The position numbers and the translations under genes were made by a program. Source: Candidatus Parcubacteria bacterium (lineage in GTDB: Bacteria > Patescibacteriota > Minisyncoccia > Phycocordibacterales > CAIZLB01). From it: a DNA stretch of 64,000 nt. The DNA is taken from NCBI GenBank assembly GCA_039795775.1, contig JBDKLC010000005.1, forward strand, positions 443,958-507,957, given 5' to 3'. The notes beneath the pieces are model-generated. The model ran no database searches and was not told the DNA's origin. It was given only the letters and a program-made list of their open reading frames with translations. Shown in pieces: positions 38,701-48,300 of the stretch (its first letter is position 1; each line of letters begins with the position of its first letter).

Positions 38701-41700
38701 ACACCAATTGTTGATGTACCTATTTTAAATGTCACTCCAGCTACCCCAACGTTGTCTGATGATGAAGCTGCGGTAGATGTACTTCCAGAAAGAGTGATGC
38801 TGTTTGAAGGTGCGGTGAGAGATACAACTGGAGCGGTACTATCCACTGCTGCATTTGTAGTAAATGTCTGATCTGATGAAGTTGCTCGGTTACCACTACT
38901 ATCAACTGAAATTACTCGGTAATGATAGAGCGTCGCGGCACTGAGACCTGAGATAGCTTGAGAGTGGGTTGTTACATATGAAGAATCAAGTGTTGTTGAA
39001 GCTGTATATGTAGATGTAAGGCCGTACTCAATCTGAGTTGTAGCACCTTCGTTTGTTGTCCATCCGATAGTTGCACCAGTAGAACTCTGACTAGATGTTG
39101 CAATACTTGAAATAACAGGAGCAGTTACATCAGGTGTCGAAGACTGCTCTACCAATTTGAGTGCACTGAGGTATGGTTTTGATGCAGGGTTTGCACCAAA
39201 CGCAATACTGGTAACTTTCAATGTAAGTGTTGTTGTTGCAGGATCAATATCAGTCCATTTTGAAACGTATCCGTTTGTATAGTTGGCACCACACTGATAT
39301 ACAGTTGAGTCATTTGTTGTGATTGTCGTTGTTGCAACGGTTCCTGATGAACTTTGGTTTGTGAATGACGTTGCACCTCCAAGTTCATATTTACAATATC
39401 GAACACTGTACTTTCCTCGCATTCCAAGACCCACAACTGTATACAATTTGTTTGTATCAAGTCCTGTAAATGTTGCTGTAAATGTCGAACCGTCGGTATT
39501 GTTTCCCCAAATACCTCCAAGGTTTACTTTCGTACCAAATTCTGTGAATGCATCAGTTAGTGTTCCTCCATAAATAGGTGTAGTTCGAATACCTGCTGTA
39601 CCGTCCTGAGCTGAAGTACCGTCTTCCGCACCAGTCTGTTCTGCAGAACCCGCTCCAGTGAGTGTAAGTGTAATACCCGTAGCTGTTCCATCAGCAAATT
39701 TGATAGTTGATGTCGAAGGACCTTCTGTCATACCAAAGTTCATGACATTAGTTGTTGTTGATCTATAAAGAGCATTCGCGCTATCGGCGACGTCAATATA
39801 TGACTCCCACACACTTGCACCACCTCCAGCCGTTGTTGTGAATACGAGGTCAGATGATGTTGCAAGGTTTGTCGAAGGGTCTTTTGTCAGAACTCTAAAA
39901 TGATATGTAGTAGCTGCAGAAAGACCTGTAATACTGACAGAGTGTGTTGTTGTTGCTGTTGAATCAAGTGTAGTACTAGCCGTGTAACTACTTGTAGGAC
40001 CATATTCTACCTGTGAGTCAGATGCTTCATTTGTTGTCCATGTGATAGTTGCAGCCGTAGCAGATGTACTTGATGCAATACTTGAAATAGTCGGCGGTGT
40101 CACGTCTACTACAGCCGTTGTAAATGTTTTGTCAGTAGAAGTAGCATAGTTGCCTGATGTATCCCACACGTTGATTCGGAAGTGATGGAGCGTACTTGAT
40201 GTAAGTCCTGTAAGCGTTGCTGAGTGAGTTGTTGTCGCTACACCATTTGAAACTTGAGTGTCATAAAATATTGTCGTGTCATATTCTAGAGTACTTGTAG
40301 CAGCTTCGTCTGTAGTCCATGTAATAGTGGCAGTAGTACCTGTTGTACTTGACGCAATGTTTGAAATAACGGGAGGTGTTACATCAGGACTACTTGAAGT
40401 AGCAGCTGTCGTATATGTAATGACAAGTGTTGGTCGAAGAGAAGCTGTAGCATTTTCACTTTGGCTCAGTCCTAGACCGTCAGTAGATGCAGAACTCGCC
40501 GGAGTGATATAGAAACCATAATTTGGGAATGTCCCATTTACCCAGCCTTGAACAGCAGCTATACCAGAAGCATTGAGTGTTGTTGAAGCAAAGCCAAGTG
40601 ACGCATGTGGCCCCATAGTTCCAAGAGCCGTGTTTACGAAGTCTGTTGAAGAACTCAAAGAACCTGCTAGTCCCCACGCATTCCCCGTTGAATAAATATT
40701 CCATGTTGCTTCAGTTTCAACCCAGGGTCGAAGAGATCTGAATACTGTAAACGGGTTTGCTGATGTGTTGTTTACGTTGTATGCCAAGATAGCACTTGTG
40801 ATAGTAGCGTTTGATGGAATAGAAGAAACATCCCATTTAATAAAAGAGTTTGAATACGGACCAAGGAAGTCCATAGCTAGTGTAGTACTCGCAGACCAGT
40901 TTGTTGTAGAAGCAGTTTGATCAATATATGTATCAGCTGTTCCACTATATCCGTTCAGACCATCTCGCAAAGCTACTGTTGTTGTTCCAGAACTTGTAGA
41001 AACGGCAGTTGTAGTGAATGTATAGTCTGATGTCGTTGTGAGGTTAGCAGAAGCATCTTTTGTTTTAATTCTGAAGTGATACAACGTTGAACTCGCTAGC
41101 CCAGTAATGTTCACGGTATGACTTGTTGTCATGTTGGTATCAAGTGTAGTTGTAGTACCGTATGATGTTGTAAGTCCATAATCAATTTGTGAATCTGAGC
41201 TTTCGTTTGTTGTCCACGTAATGGTCGCTGTTGTAGCTCCAGTAGAAGATGCTACAGCTGAGACTACTGGTGAAACAGTATCTACTGCTCCGCTCATAGA
41301 AAGTCGAACAGCAACACCCAAGTCGTTAGATCCAACTACAGTGCCTGAGTTTATATTCCAAATTACAAGTGTGTTTGCTCCATTTACCAAAGAACCTTTA
41401 TATGCAGATACATCATATGAAGTAAATGTCGGCGTTGTTACAGTTCCGGCCCAATCATTTGTAGTAACGGTCTGAAGTTTATCAAAATACTGTGAGCTGT
41501 TACCTGTAGTCGGCGCTGAAATAGATGTACTCGCATTGTTAAAGATAAGTGTACCGTTGAGCCATACCATAACACCGTCGTCATCGTCGAGATCAAGTGT
41601 CATTGTGCCGTACTGTGATGTAGATGTCGCAGGGAATGTAACACGTTCCATAATACTGTAGACCTGGGGTGTAGTTGTAGAAAGTCCTCCGTATGGATCA

Positions 41701-42959
41701 ATTAGCGTGTTCATCCATCCAGGTGCGGTACCTCCAGTTTTATAACCAGCCGCAAGTTCCCCACTTGTCCATCCTGCTGTCGAAGCATTGAACGCAGTTT
41801 CCCACCATTTACCGGAGTTGTTTGCAGACCAGTCAGGGTTTGATCCTACAGCAGCACTGTAGTCTACATAGTATTTCATATCTCGAAGACCGTCTGTTGT
41901 AGTACCTGTTCCAGAACCATCCCATGTGTTTACCAAAATCTGTCGTGAAAGATCCGTAATAGCGTAGTCAGTTGTAATTGTTCCTGTCCAATCAGCTCCG
42001 GCTCCAGCTTGCTCTCCTTTAACAAGTCGCATTGTATAGTCCCACCAGTTGTTTGAGTTGGCGTGATAGTACCCAATTGTTGGAAAGTCGTCGTCAAGAC
42101 CACCACCTGCTTTTGTACCGAATGCACCAGTATCCATTTCCCACATACCTCCGGCAGTTACAGATGTACGACTGTTGTCGTATTCATATTTTGTTTCTTC
42201 CATCTTTGCTCGGTGTGTATGTCCTACGATACTAGATTGAGCACCGTAAGAAATCATCAAGTTGATGTACTTGTCTCGGTTTGCATCTACGGCATCAAGT
42301 GAGTCACCAACGTGTCGTCCCTGAGGATATGCTGGTTCGTGACCTGCAACAATTCTGTGTTGTTCAGTTGCTGTTTTAAGTTCACTCTTGAGCCAAGGGA
42401 AAACTGTTTCGTGAATATACCCTCCACCACTTCCTAATGTAAGATCCGAATCAGTTGAAGTACCTGTGTACTGGTTGATGTTGATCATTCGGATAGTATT
42501 CCCTACAGAAAACGCGTAGTTTGTTGTAGAAGCAAATGCATTCGATGTGATTTGAGTAAGTCGAGAAATTGGAGATGAATATGTACTATATCGTGGAAAA
42601 AATTGTCGAAGATACAACACGTCCGTTCCACTTTCTGCTTCGTGGTTACCTGCTACAAGAAAAAGCGGTGATGTAGATGCCGTAGAACTAGCAAACGCAT
42701 CAACTACGTTTGATACAGGATCACTATATCCAAGGTCTCCTTGAAGTGATACTACATCCAATGTCCAACCTGAAACCTTCTCGAGAAGAAGGTGGTTGAA
42801 GTCAGTCACCATTGCAGTGTTTCCAGCGGCACTGTCTTCACCGTCTGACATCAAACCAATTGTATATCCCGCCGCCTGCACAATCCCAATACTTGAAGAA
42901 AATGTTACAACTGAGACTAGTAGAAATAGAAAAAGGAATTTCAGGATTTTTGTAAACAT
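35703..42959 (-). CDS. Giant (2418 aa) secreted metallophosphoesterase with a tandem FN3/Ig-like repeat array and a C-terminal peptidoglycan-binding domain
   Basis: Signal peptide. Calcineurin-like motifs 'LVAGNHE', 'GHEPAYPQGRHVG' and 'GHTHR'. At least 8 FN3-like units of the form '...ATITWTTNE...YHFRV...'. C-terminal PG_binding_1 'GSSGADVLQLQKFLNSNGF...TLYGAATKAAVKAFQEKY'. Confidence 0.85.
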   Translation of the reverse strand: MFTKILKFLFLFLLVSVVTFSSSIGIVQAAGYTIGLMSDGEDSAAGNTAMVTDFNHLLLEKVSGWTLDVVSLQGDLGYSDPVSNVVDAFASSTASTSPLFLVAGNHEAESGTDVLYLRQFFPRYSTYSSPISRLTQITSNAFASTTNYAFSVGNTIRMININQYTGTSTDSDLTLGSGGGYIHETVFPWLKSELKTATEQHRIVAGHEPAYPQGRHVGDSLDAVDANRDKYINLMISYGAQSSIVGHTHRAKMEETKYEYDNSRTSVTAGGMWEMDTGAFGTKAGGGLDDDFPTIGYYHANSNNWWDYTMRLVKGEQAGAGADWTGTITTDYAITDLSRQILVNTWDGSGTGTTTDGLRDMKYYVDYSAAVGSNPDWSANNSGKWWETAFNASTAGWTSGELAAGYKTGGTAPGWMNTLIDPYGGLSTTTPQVYSIMERVTFPATSTSQYGTMTLDLDDDDGVMVWLNGTLIFNNASTSISAPTTGNSSQYFDKLQTVTTNDWAGTVTTPTFTSYDVSAYKGSLVNGANTLVIWNINSGTVVGSNDLGVAVRLSMSGAVDTVSPVVSAVASSTGATTATITWTTNESSDSQIDYGLTTSYGTTTTLDTNMTTSHTVNITGLASSTLYHFRIKTKDASANLTTTSDYTFTTTAVSTSSGTTTVALRDGLNGYSGTADTYIDQTASTTNWSASTTLAMDFLGPYSNSFIKWDVSSIPSNATITSAILAYNVNNTSANPFTVFRSLRPWVETEATWNIYSTGNAWGLAGSLSSSTDFVNTALGTMGPHASLGFASTTLNASGIAAVQGWVNGTFPNYGFYITPASSASTDGLGLSQSENATASLRPTLVITYTTAATSSSPDVTPPVISNIASSTTGTTATITWTTDEAATSTLEYDTTIFYDTQVSNGVATTTHSATLTGLTSSTLHHFRINVWDTSGNYATSTDKTFTTAVVDVTPPTISSIASSTSATAATITWTTNEASDSQVEYGPTSSYTASTTLDSTATTTHSVSITGLSAATTYHFRVLTKDPSTNLATSSDLVFTTTAGGGASVWESYIDVADSANALYRSTTTNVMNFGMTEGPSTSTIKFADGTATGITLTLTGAGSAEQTGAEDGTSAQDGTAGIRTTPIYGGTLTDAFTEFGTKVNLGGIWGNNTDGSTFTATFTGLDTNKLYTVVGLGMRGKYSVRYCKYELGGATSFTNQSSSGTVATTTITTNDSTVYQCGANYTNGYVSKWTDIDPATTTLTLKVTSIAFGANPASKPYLSALKLVEQSSTPDVTAPVISSIATSSQSSTGATIGWTTNEGATTQIEYGLTSTYTASTTLDSSYVTTHSQAISGLSAATLYHYRVISVDSSGNRATSSDQTFTTNAAVDSTAPVVSLTAPSNSITLSGSTSTAASSSDNVGVAGVTFKIGTSTIGVEDTTFPYGVTFDTSLYADGVYSIVAVARDAAGNQATSSASSVTIDNTGPVLSSISSGTPGTSTATITWTTNESATSMVEYGLTSTYTSSSTVNLTATTSHSRALTSLLSSTLYHYRVVSVDGQGNRTNGTDQTFTTATPADVTPPSVTLTGPTNGSTIAGSTTTSATASDNVGVVGVKFYIDSTLIGVEDTGSPYAVTLDTTSYSEGSHTLVAVARDTAGNIATSSSFTITVDNAGPIISSVNAGSLGTSTATITWSTNEPATSLVEYGLTATYTASSSLNGTATTSHSRALSGLTASTTYHYRVVSVYSLGNTTNGIDQTFTTTATPDITVPTVSLTAPTNASTVSGASVAVSATASDNIGVVGVKFYVDSTLIGSEDTTSPYAVTFDSTSVSSGSHTLIAVARDAAGNIATSSSVSVTVDNTGPVISSVSAGTPGYATATISWTTNEAATSMVEYGLTSTYTASSTVNLTATTSHSRALTGLSASTTYHYRVVSVDGQGNRTNGTDQTFITTTAPDITAPSVLLTAPAEGELVYGTSTISATASDDVAVAGVRFYIDGVAIAAEDTSSPFTLNFNTALYSNASHALIAVARDSSNNYATSGSVSITINNSSPVVSAVSAGTPGSTSATITWTTDKPSTSQVEYGISTTYLASSTLDLATTTNHSIALLSLRSCTFYNYRVISVDTQGNRVNGSNSTFTTDGCVGNADVSSTTVQTVSTSTGGSTSLTTNTRTLELTIPTNFASSSATFQIKQIDSSEVVASIGSASGKTVVPNLTYDLQAYSNLSTNITTFAQPITLTFSYSDNDVRGFNEASLVIYRWSGSSWDALSDCVVDTDANRITCSTSHFSTYGIFGDSSGSVSAPKSTTIAPLSGSSSGGRPMVISQTTTVGGTVTSTTTSTVGSTKYVFARNLKVGSSGADVLQLQKFLNSNGFIIARTGAGSTGKETTLYGAATKAAVKAFQEKYRTDILVPNRLKNGTGEFATATRTFLNKLVSKK
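36090..39120 (-). repeat. Tandem ~565-bp coding repeats (at least 5 copies, ~80-90% identical), each encoding an FN3+Ig-like module. More diverged ~280-bp FN3 repeats continue to ~41.3 kb.
   Basis: Recurring 'ctgacactactcggtagtgatatgttgtagaagctg'-type blocks at ~36650, 37212, 37773, 38342 and 38908. Confidence 0.65.
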
Positions 42960-43054
42960 AGTGAACTAATGATATCAAAAATACCCCCTTTCCGAAACCC
43001 CAGTTTTATCAACATAATTGCCCAAAAAGACAATATTATCTATGATAGTGCAAT

Positions 43055-44440
43055 ATGAAAAAATTAAGCATTTTCCTCTTTATTTTTGCAATCGTCGTAC
43101 TCGTAAGTCTGAATGCTAAAAATCTTTTTTTAACTACTACTTTTTCACCTTCCCTATCTTCTTACAATACATCGTCTACAACGACATCAGTGGCATTAAG
43201 CACGGCATCTCTAGAAGTATCATCATCTTCAGCCACAACGACAGCTTGGATTCCCGCTCAAAAAACAACATTTTCATTCATGGGATATGGCAAAAATGAT
43301 GATGGCCAGCTTGCAGGTACATTATTCTCAAAAAATGTAAAACAAGAGTTCAATGTAAAAGTTCCAGGAAAGATAGTGAAAACATATGCCGGAAGAAGTC
43401 ATACCGTTGCCCTCACAGCAGCTGGTCGTGTAGTAAGTTGGGGTGGCAATGACTTTGGACAGCTTGGCTACACAACAAAAACAAAGGATTCAGCGGTACC
43501 TCAAGAAATCCCCGGCCTCGAACACATAACATCTCTTGCTACCACAAACAATCATACGCTTGCGATTGATTCGGATGGAAATGTGTATGCATGGGGTAGC
43601 AACTTCACTGGGCAACTCGGTGACGGCACAAACAATGACAGAACTACTCCACAAAAAGTTTCAGGCCTCCCAAAGATAAAAGCGATCTCTGCATCACACA
43701 AATTTTCTCTCGCACTCGATACTGATGGAAATGTGTGGGCATGGGGAGCAACATGCAAGGAAGCAAATAAAAAAGCCGCTCTTGCACTCCTTTCTTATCT
43801 CGGTTCACAACTTTCTGAACTACAAGGTGGCTACTACGACTATTCAAGTACTGGCGGCACAGGATACGATATCAACCAAGACTGTATAAATGAAGATGCA
43901 GTAAACATTCATTCTCTTGTTCCAAAAAAGCTTGCCATTTCAAATGTAAAAACTATTTCAAGTGGATATGGTCACGCCCTTTTCCTCAAAACAGATGGTA
44001 CTGTCATTGGTATGGGCTGCAACACACACGGACAGCTAGCGCGTGAACCTGGGACACTTAAAGGTCAGCTCGTAAAAATACAAGGGTTACCACCTGTCGT
44101 AGCCGCTGTAGCGGGTGCACGGCATTCTCTTTTCCTCGACAAAGACGGCACTATCTACGGAGTCGGGGCCAATCAATATGGCCAAATAGCTGCAGGTACG
44201 CAAAAAAACAAAATGACACCAACAAAGATTGAGAATATCCCCCCTCTCAAAAAAATAGTTGCTGGATTCGACTACTCTATTGGTATCGACAAAACAGGTG
44301 GCACGTGGGCATGGGGAATGAATGTAGAAGAATTTATTAAGAGTCACGAACCACTTCGAATGGATTATCCTGTAAAACTGTTCGACACTGAGCCTGTCTC
44401 TATAGGTACTGGTGGTTCTCATATTATATTCCAGCACTAA
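43055..44440 (+). CDS. Secreted RCC1-repeat (seven-bladed beta-propeller) protein
   Basis: N-terminal TM/signal plus a Ser/Thr-rich linker. Repeated 'GxNxxGQLG' blades (NDDGQLAG, NDFGQLGY, NFTGQLGDGT, NTHGQLA, NQYGQIAAGT). Confidence 0.8.
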   Translation: MKKLSIFLFIFAIVVLVSLNAKNLFLTTTFSPSLSSYNTSSTTTSVALSTASLEVSSSSATTTAWIPAQKTTFSFMGYGKNDDGQLAGTLFSKNVKQEFNVKVPGKIVKTYAGRSHTVALTAAGRVVSWGGNDFGQLGYTTKTKDSAVPQEIPGLEHITSLATTNNHTLAIDSDGNVYAWGSNFTGQLGDGTNNDRTTPQKVSGLPKIKAISASHKFSLALDTDGNVWAWGATCKEANKKAALALLSYLGSQLSELQGGYYDYSSTGGTGYDINQDCINEDAVNIHSLVPKKLAISNVKTISSGYGHALFLKTDGTVIGMGCNTHGQLAREPGTLKGQLVKIQGLPPVVAAVAGARHSLFLDKDGTIYGVGANQYGQIAAGTQKNKMTPTKIENIPPLKKIVAGFDYSIGIDKTGGTWAWGMNVEEFIKSHEPLRMDYPVKLFDTEPVSIGTGGSHIIFQH

Positions 44441-44458
44441 ACCCTAACGTTACCTTTC

Positions 44459-45682
44459 ATGTTTTCAAGATTTTTCAAACGACCTCAATTTCTCACAAGA
44501 AATATTCTCCTACTATCACTTGTTAGTTTCTTCACTGATATTGCAAGTGAAATGCTTTACCCTGTTACTCCCTTGTACCTCAAAGAAATTGGATACAGTA
44601 TGCTTGCAATTGGTCTTATCGAAGGTGTAGCAGAGTGTACAGCAGGTCTTTCAAAACTCTTTGCGGGGAGTCTTTCTGATCAAACAAAGAAACGAAATAT
44701 TTTCATCCAACTTGGATACAGTATTTCGGCTATAGTAAAACCTGCAATCGGATTTGTACAAGGATTTTGGTCAATCTTTTTTCTTAGATTTTCTGACCGT
44801 ATAGGTAAAGGAATTCGAACCGCTCCTCGAGATGCTATTCTCACCGACGAGTCTACTCCAGAAACACGTGGACGAGTATTTGGATTCCATAGAAGTATAG
44901 ATACCTTCGGAGCAATGATAGGACCTATGTTGAGTTTTGTTATTCTTTTTTACTTTTCAAGTTATTCGATGCTTTTCTATCTCGCTTTTATTCCCGGCAT
45001 CATAGCAATTGCTTGCAGCTTATATCTCAGTAAAGAAAAAATTCAAACGGAAAACCCGACACAATCTGTCTCAAATTCAAAACCTCGACTCTCTCTTACG
45101 TTAGTTAAAGAATTCCTCAAAAAAAGCTCAATTTCATATAAAAAATTGCTCGGTGGCTTTTTCTTTTTTGCTCTTATAAATAGTTCAAACGTATTCCTTC
45201 TTTTGCGAGCAAAAGAGCTCGGCATGTCAGATCTTCACATTCTTGCTGCGTACATCATGTACAACCTCATATATGCCCTCTCATCGTATCCTTTTGGGGT
45301 TTGGGTGGATACGCATGGGTATAAAAAACTCTACCTCGCAAGTATCTTTGTATTTGCACTAGTATACGGTCTCTTTGGTACGCCTATCGCAGCAAGCTGG
45401 ATAATTATTGCTCTCTTTGCGGTGTACGGTATTTTCTCAGCTGTAGAAGATGGTGTTGTAAAAGCTTGGCTTTCTTTACATATAGAAAAAGAACATCGAG
45501 CCACAGGACTTGGTCTTTACATGTTCCTTACATCTTTTGCTTTTCTTATTGCATCGACAACCACAGGTTTTTTATGGCAAACACTTGGATCAGCAAAAAC
45601 ATTTAGTATTCTTTCTCTATCTGCTTTGTTTGTTTTACTATACTTTTTCTTCATAACAATCGAAGAAAAAACTCAGAAATAA
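44459..45682 (+). CDS. MFS transporter
   Basis: 12 TM helices. 'FSDRIGKGIRTAPRDAIL' is the MFS loop-2/3 motif. Confidence 0.75.
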   Translation: MFSRFFKRPQFLTRNILLLSLVSFFTDIASEMLYPVTPLYLKEIGYSMLAIGLIEGVAECTAGLSKLFAGSLSDQTKKRNIFIQLGYSISAIVKPAIGFVQGFWSIFFLRFSDRIGKGIRTAPRDAILTDESTPETRGRVFGFHRSIDTFGAMIGPMLSFVILFYFSSYSMLFYLAFIPGIIAIACSLYLSKEKIQTENPTQSVSNSKPRLSLTLVKEFLKKSSISYKKLLGGFFFFALINSSNVFLLLRAKELGMSDLHILAAYIMYNLIYALSSYPFGVWVDTHGYKKLYLASIFVFALVYGLFGTPIAASWIIIALFAVYGIFSAVEDGVVKAWLSLHIEKEHRATGLGLYMFLTSFAFLIASTTTGFLWQTLGSAKTFSILSLSALFVLLYFFFITIEEKTQK

Positions 45683-45690
45683 CCTATCTT

Positions 45691-46872
45691 TTACATTACC
45701 CGTTCAGAAATTTCGCTTGACGCTGTTTCTACTTTCTTTGGTTTAATCCTTGAGAGAAAAGGATGTTCTATATATCTATATGTTATAGATGCAACAACAA
45801 CAGTGAGAAGTCCGCTGAGGAGAATAAGATACCAAAAAAACATTGGGCTTAAAAGATGAATTGGCGTAAAGAAATTGGCAGTATGGAGAACGCAGTAGAG
45901 GACTATGCCGTGCATTAAATAAATACTATAACTAATTGTACTGAGGAACTTTGCAACTGATGTTCTCAAAAGTCCAAACATGTCATTTCCATATACGAAA
46001 CAAAGAAAGATACACATTGCTATACCGTACTGAAGTACTGAGTATGGTTTGTACTGTGTAAAATAAATAAGTAGAAACCCTATAATTGGGATAAATGATG
46101 CAGCTGGTTTTTTGAGCCATTTCATAACAGGATAATGATGTACGATGTGCGCTGCAGCAATACCAAACAAGAAAATAATCCAATATCCTCTATCTGGTGC
46201 AATCAAGATGTATAAGTAGATTGGAACCATCATAATCTTCATTACATTATTCTTCAACACAAGTGCAGCCAGTGGCAGCACGAGATAAAAAATCCATTCA
46301 AAGTGAAGTGTCCAGTGAATACCCGCGTTGATAGGAATAATACTGTAACCATTGAATGAAACTGCAGTCTTTAGACCAAGCGTAAGCCATGAGATCAGGT
46401 CATACACAATGCCTCTAAATGAAACGATATTGAACTGTGTAATCACAAGTGCGAAGAGTGAAACAACGCCTGCAGAGAAAAGATACATTGGAGCGAGACG
46501 CAGCAGTCGACTTCGGTAGAGTTGTCCAACATCCACTTCCCCTTTTTTGGCTATAGCCTTAGACCAATACAAGAAGCTCGTAATGATAAAGAAAAGAATA
46601 ACCGATTCTCCGCCGAGGTGACGATAAAATCGAACATCTGTTATTTCCCAAAACCCGTTTCTAAAATAAAAATAATGTGTGACGGCATGCTGAAAGAATA
46701 CTCCAAATGCCAAGAACCCTCGAAGGCCATCAAGCATTTCATGACGACCATGTTCTTGAGTAGAAATAAGTTTTTTGTAAAAAGGAACTCTATATACAAA
46801 CAAAAGAGAGAACAACACCACCGCAGCCATAATTATAAAAGTTGGAAAAGCGCTCGTGTAAGTTAGTATCAT
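45691..46872 (-). CDS. Acyltransferase family 3 (OafA/NolL-like) membrane O-acyltransferase
   Basis: 'LDGLRGFLAFGVFFQHAV' N-terminal signature. 10 TM helices. Confidence 0.8.
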   Translation of the reverse strand: MILTYTSAFPTFIIMAAVVLFSLLFVYRVPFYKKLISTQEHGRHEMLDGLRGFLAFGVFFQHAVTHYFYFRNGFWEITDVRFYRHLGGESVILFFIITSFLYWSKAIAKKGEVDVGQLYRSRLLRLAPMYLFSAGVVSLFALVITQFNIVSFRGIVYDLISWLTLGLKTAVSFNGYSIIPINAGIHWTLHFEWIFYLVLPLAALVLKNNVMKIMMVPIYLYILIAPDRGYWIIFLFGIAAAHIVHHYPVMKWLKKPAASFIPIIGFLLIYFTQYKPYSVLQYGIAMCIFLCFVYGNDMFGLLRTSVAKFLSTISYSIYLMHGIVLYCVLHTANFFTPIHLLSPMFFWYLILLSGLLTVVVASITYRYIEHPFLSRIKPKKVETASSEISERVM

Positions 46873-46920
46873 AAGTGGAGAAAGATCTGAAGGATCGTCA
46901 CAAGTTCATGATAGCACAAA

Positions 46921-46946
46921 CAAAAACCACCCCATTGGGTGGTTTT
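46921..46946 (-). terminator. Terminator downstream of the DEAD-box helicase gene
   Basis: 'aaaaaccaccc-catt-gggtggttttt'. Confidence 0.6.
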
Positions 46947-46983
46947 TGTAAAGGTTGTCTGCTTTACAGTTGTTTGACTAGAT

Positions 46984-48300
46984 TTAGCCAACGAACGTCA
47001 AAGCCTTTCCTTTCTTGTTTCCTCGACCTGTTCGGCCGATTCGGTGCACATAGTCATCAAATGTAGCTGGAAGCTCATAGTTGATTACGTGACTTACATC
47101 AGGAATATCAAGACCTCGAGCAGCAACGTCGGTTGCTACGAGAATCTGAACCTGATCATTTTTGAAACTCTGAAGAGCTCGCTGTCGCTGTCCTTGGTTT
47201 TTATCACCGTGGATAGATTCAGCTTTGAATCCTTTTTGAATAAGAGACTGAGAAAGCTTTTCAACTCCGTGTTTTGTTTTTCCGAAGATGATTACTTTAC
47301 TAAAGTCTTCTTTTGCCAAAAGGTCGTGAAGCATTTCAAGCTTGTCAGCTCCTCGCTGAACTCGAACAACGTCTTGATCAACGTTTGCAGATGTATCTCG
47401 AGTTTTTACAGAGATTCGTACAGGTTGATTAAGGAAGTCGTTGATAAGAGCTTCAATTTCTCGTGACAATGTCGCTGAGAAGAAAAGAGTCTGTCGGTCT
47501 TTGCCCATAAGATCCATCATATATCGCATATCTGCGACGAATCCCATATCAAGCATTCGGTCAGCTTCATCAAGTACTACAGTTTTGAAGTACGAGAGGT
47601 CAAGCTTGTTTCGCTGAATAAGGTCTTTGATTCGTCCCGGAGTACCGATTACGAACTGGTTCTGATATCGAAGAGCATTCATCTGCTTTCCGATTGGTGC
47701 TCCTCCTACGAGACATACAGAGTAAATTTTCATTGCTGCTGTAAACTTTCGGAGTTCATCCTGAATCTGAATAGCGAGTTCTCGTGTTGGAACAACGATA
47801 AGAACTTCTTGTTTTGGATCCTTTAGAACCTTGTGAATAAGTGGGAGCAAGAATGCAGCTGTTTTACCAGTACCTGTACTTGCAATACCTACTACGTCAG
47901 ATCCGTTGAGGACATGAGGAATAGCCTTGTCTTGAATAGGTGTTGGAACATCGTATCCAATATCAGTGATATTTTTCTTGAGAGCTTCATCAATATGAAA
48001 ATCCTTGAACTTGTGTTCAGGAACATATTTTACAACTTCTTCAGTAACTGAAGCTTTGTTAATAAATTTTGAGACATCGAGTCGTGGACCGTTATCTCGG
48101 AATCGACTTCGTGAGCCGCCGCCGAATCGTGAAGATGATCCGTAACCAGATCGTCGACTTCCTGCAAAACGACTAGAACCTCCAGATCGTGGAGCGTAGC
48201 CGCCTGAAGTGCCGCCGAATTTACTTGCGCCCCGAGGGCCGCCAAATGAGGGTTTTCGACTAGAAAAAGAAGACCCAGGTTTAGGTGTATTGTTATACAT
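46984..48300 (-). CDS. DEAD-box ATP-dependent RNA helicase with a Gly/Ser/Arg-rich N-terminal low-complexity region
   Basis: Motifs 'ASTGTGKTAAF', 'PTRELA', 'VLDEADRMLDMGF', 'SAT', 'ATDVAARGLDI' and 'HRIGRTGR'. The N-terminal ~75 aa contain 'RSGGSSRFAGSRRSGYGSSSRFGGGSRSRFRD'. Confidence 0.9.
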   Translation of the reverse strand: MYNNTPKPGSSFSSRKPSFGGPRGASKFGGTSGGYAPRSGGSSRFAGSRRSGYGSSSRFGGGSRSRFRDNGPRLDVSKFINKASVTEEVVKYVPEHKFKDFHIDEALKKNITDIGYDVPTPIQDKAIPHVLNGSDVVGIASTGTGKTAAFLLPLIHKVLKDPKQEVLIVVPTRELAIQIQDELRKFTAAMKIYSVCLVGGAPIGKQMNALRYQNQFVIGTPGRIKDLIQRNKLDLSYFKTVVLDEADRMLDMGFVADMRYMMDLMGKDRQTLFFSATLSREIEALINDFLNQPVRISVKTRDTSANVDQDVVRVQRGADKLEMLHDLLAKEDFSKVIIFGKTKHGVEKLSQSLIQKGFKAESIHGDKNQGQRQRALQSFKNDQVQILVATDVAARGLDIPDVSHVINYELPATFDDYVHRIGRTGRGNKKGKALTFVG

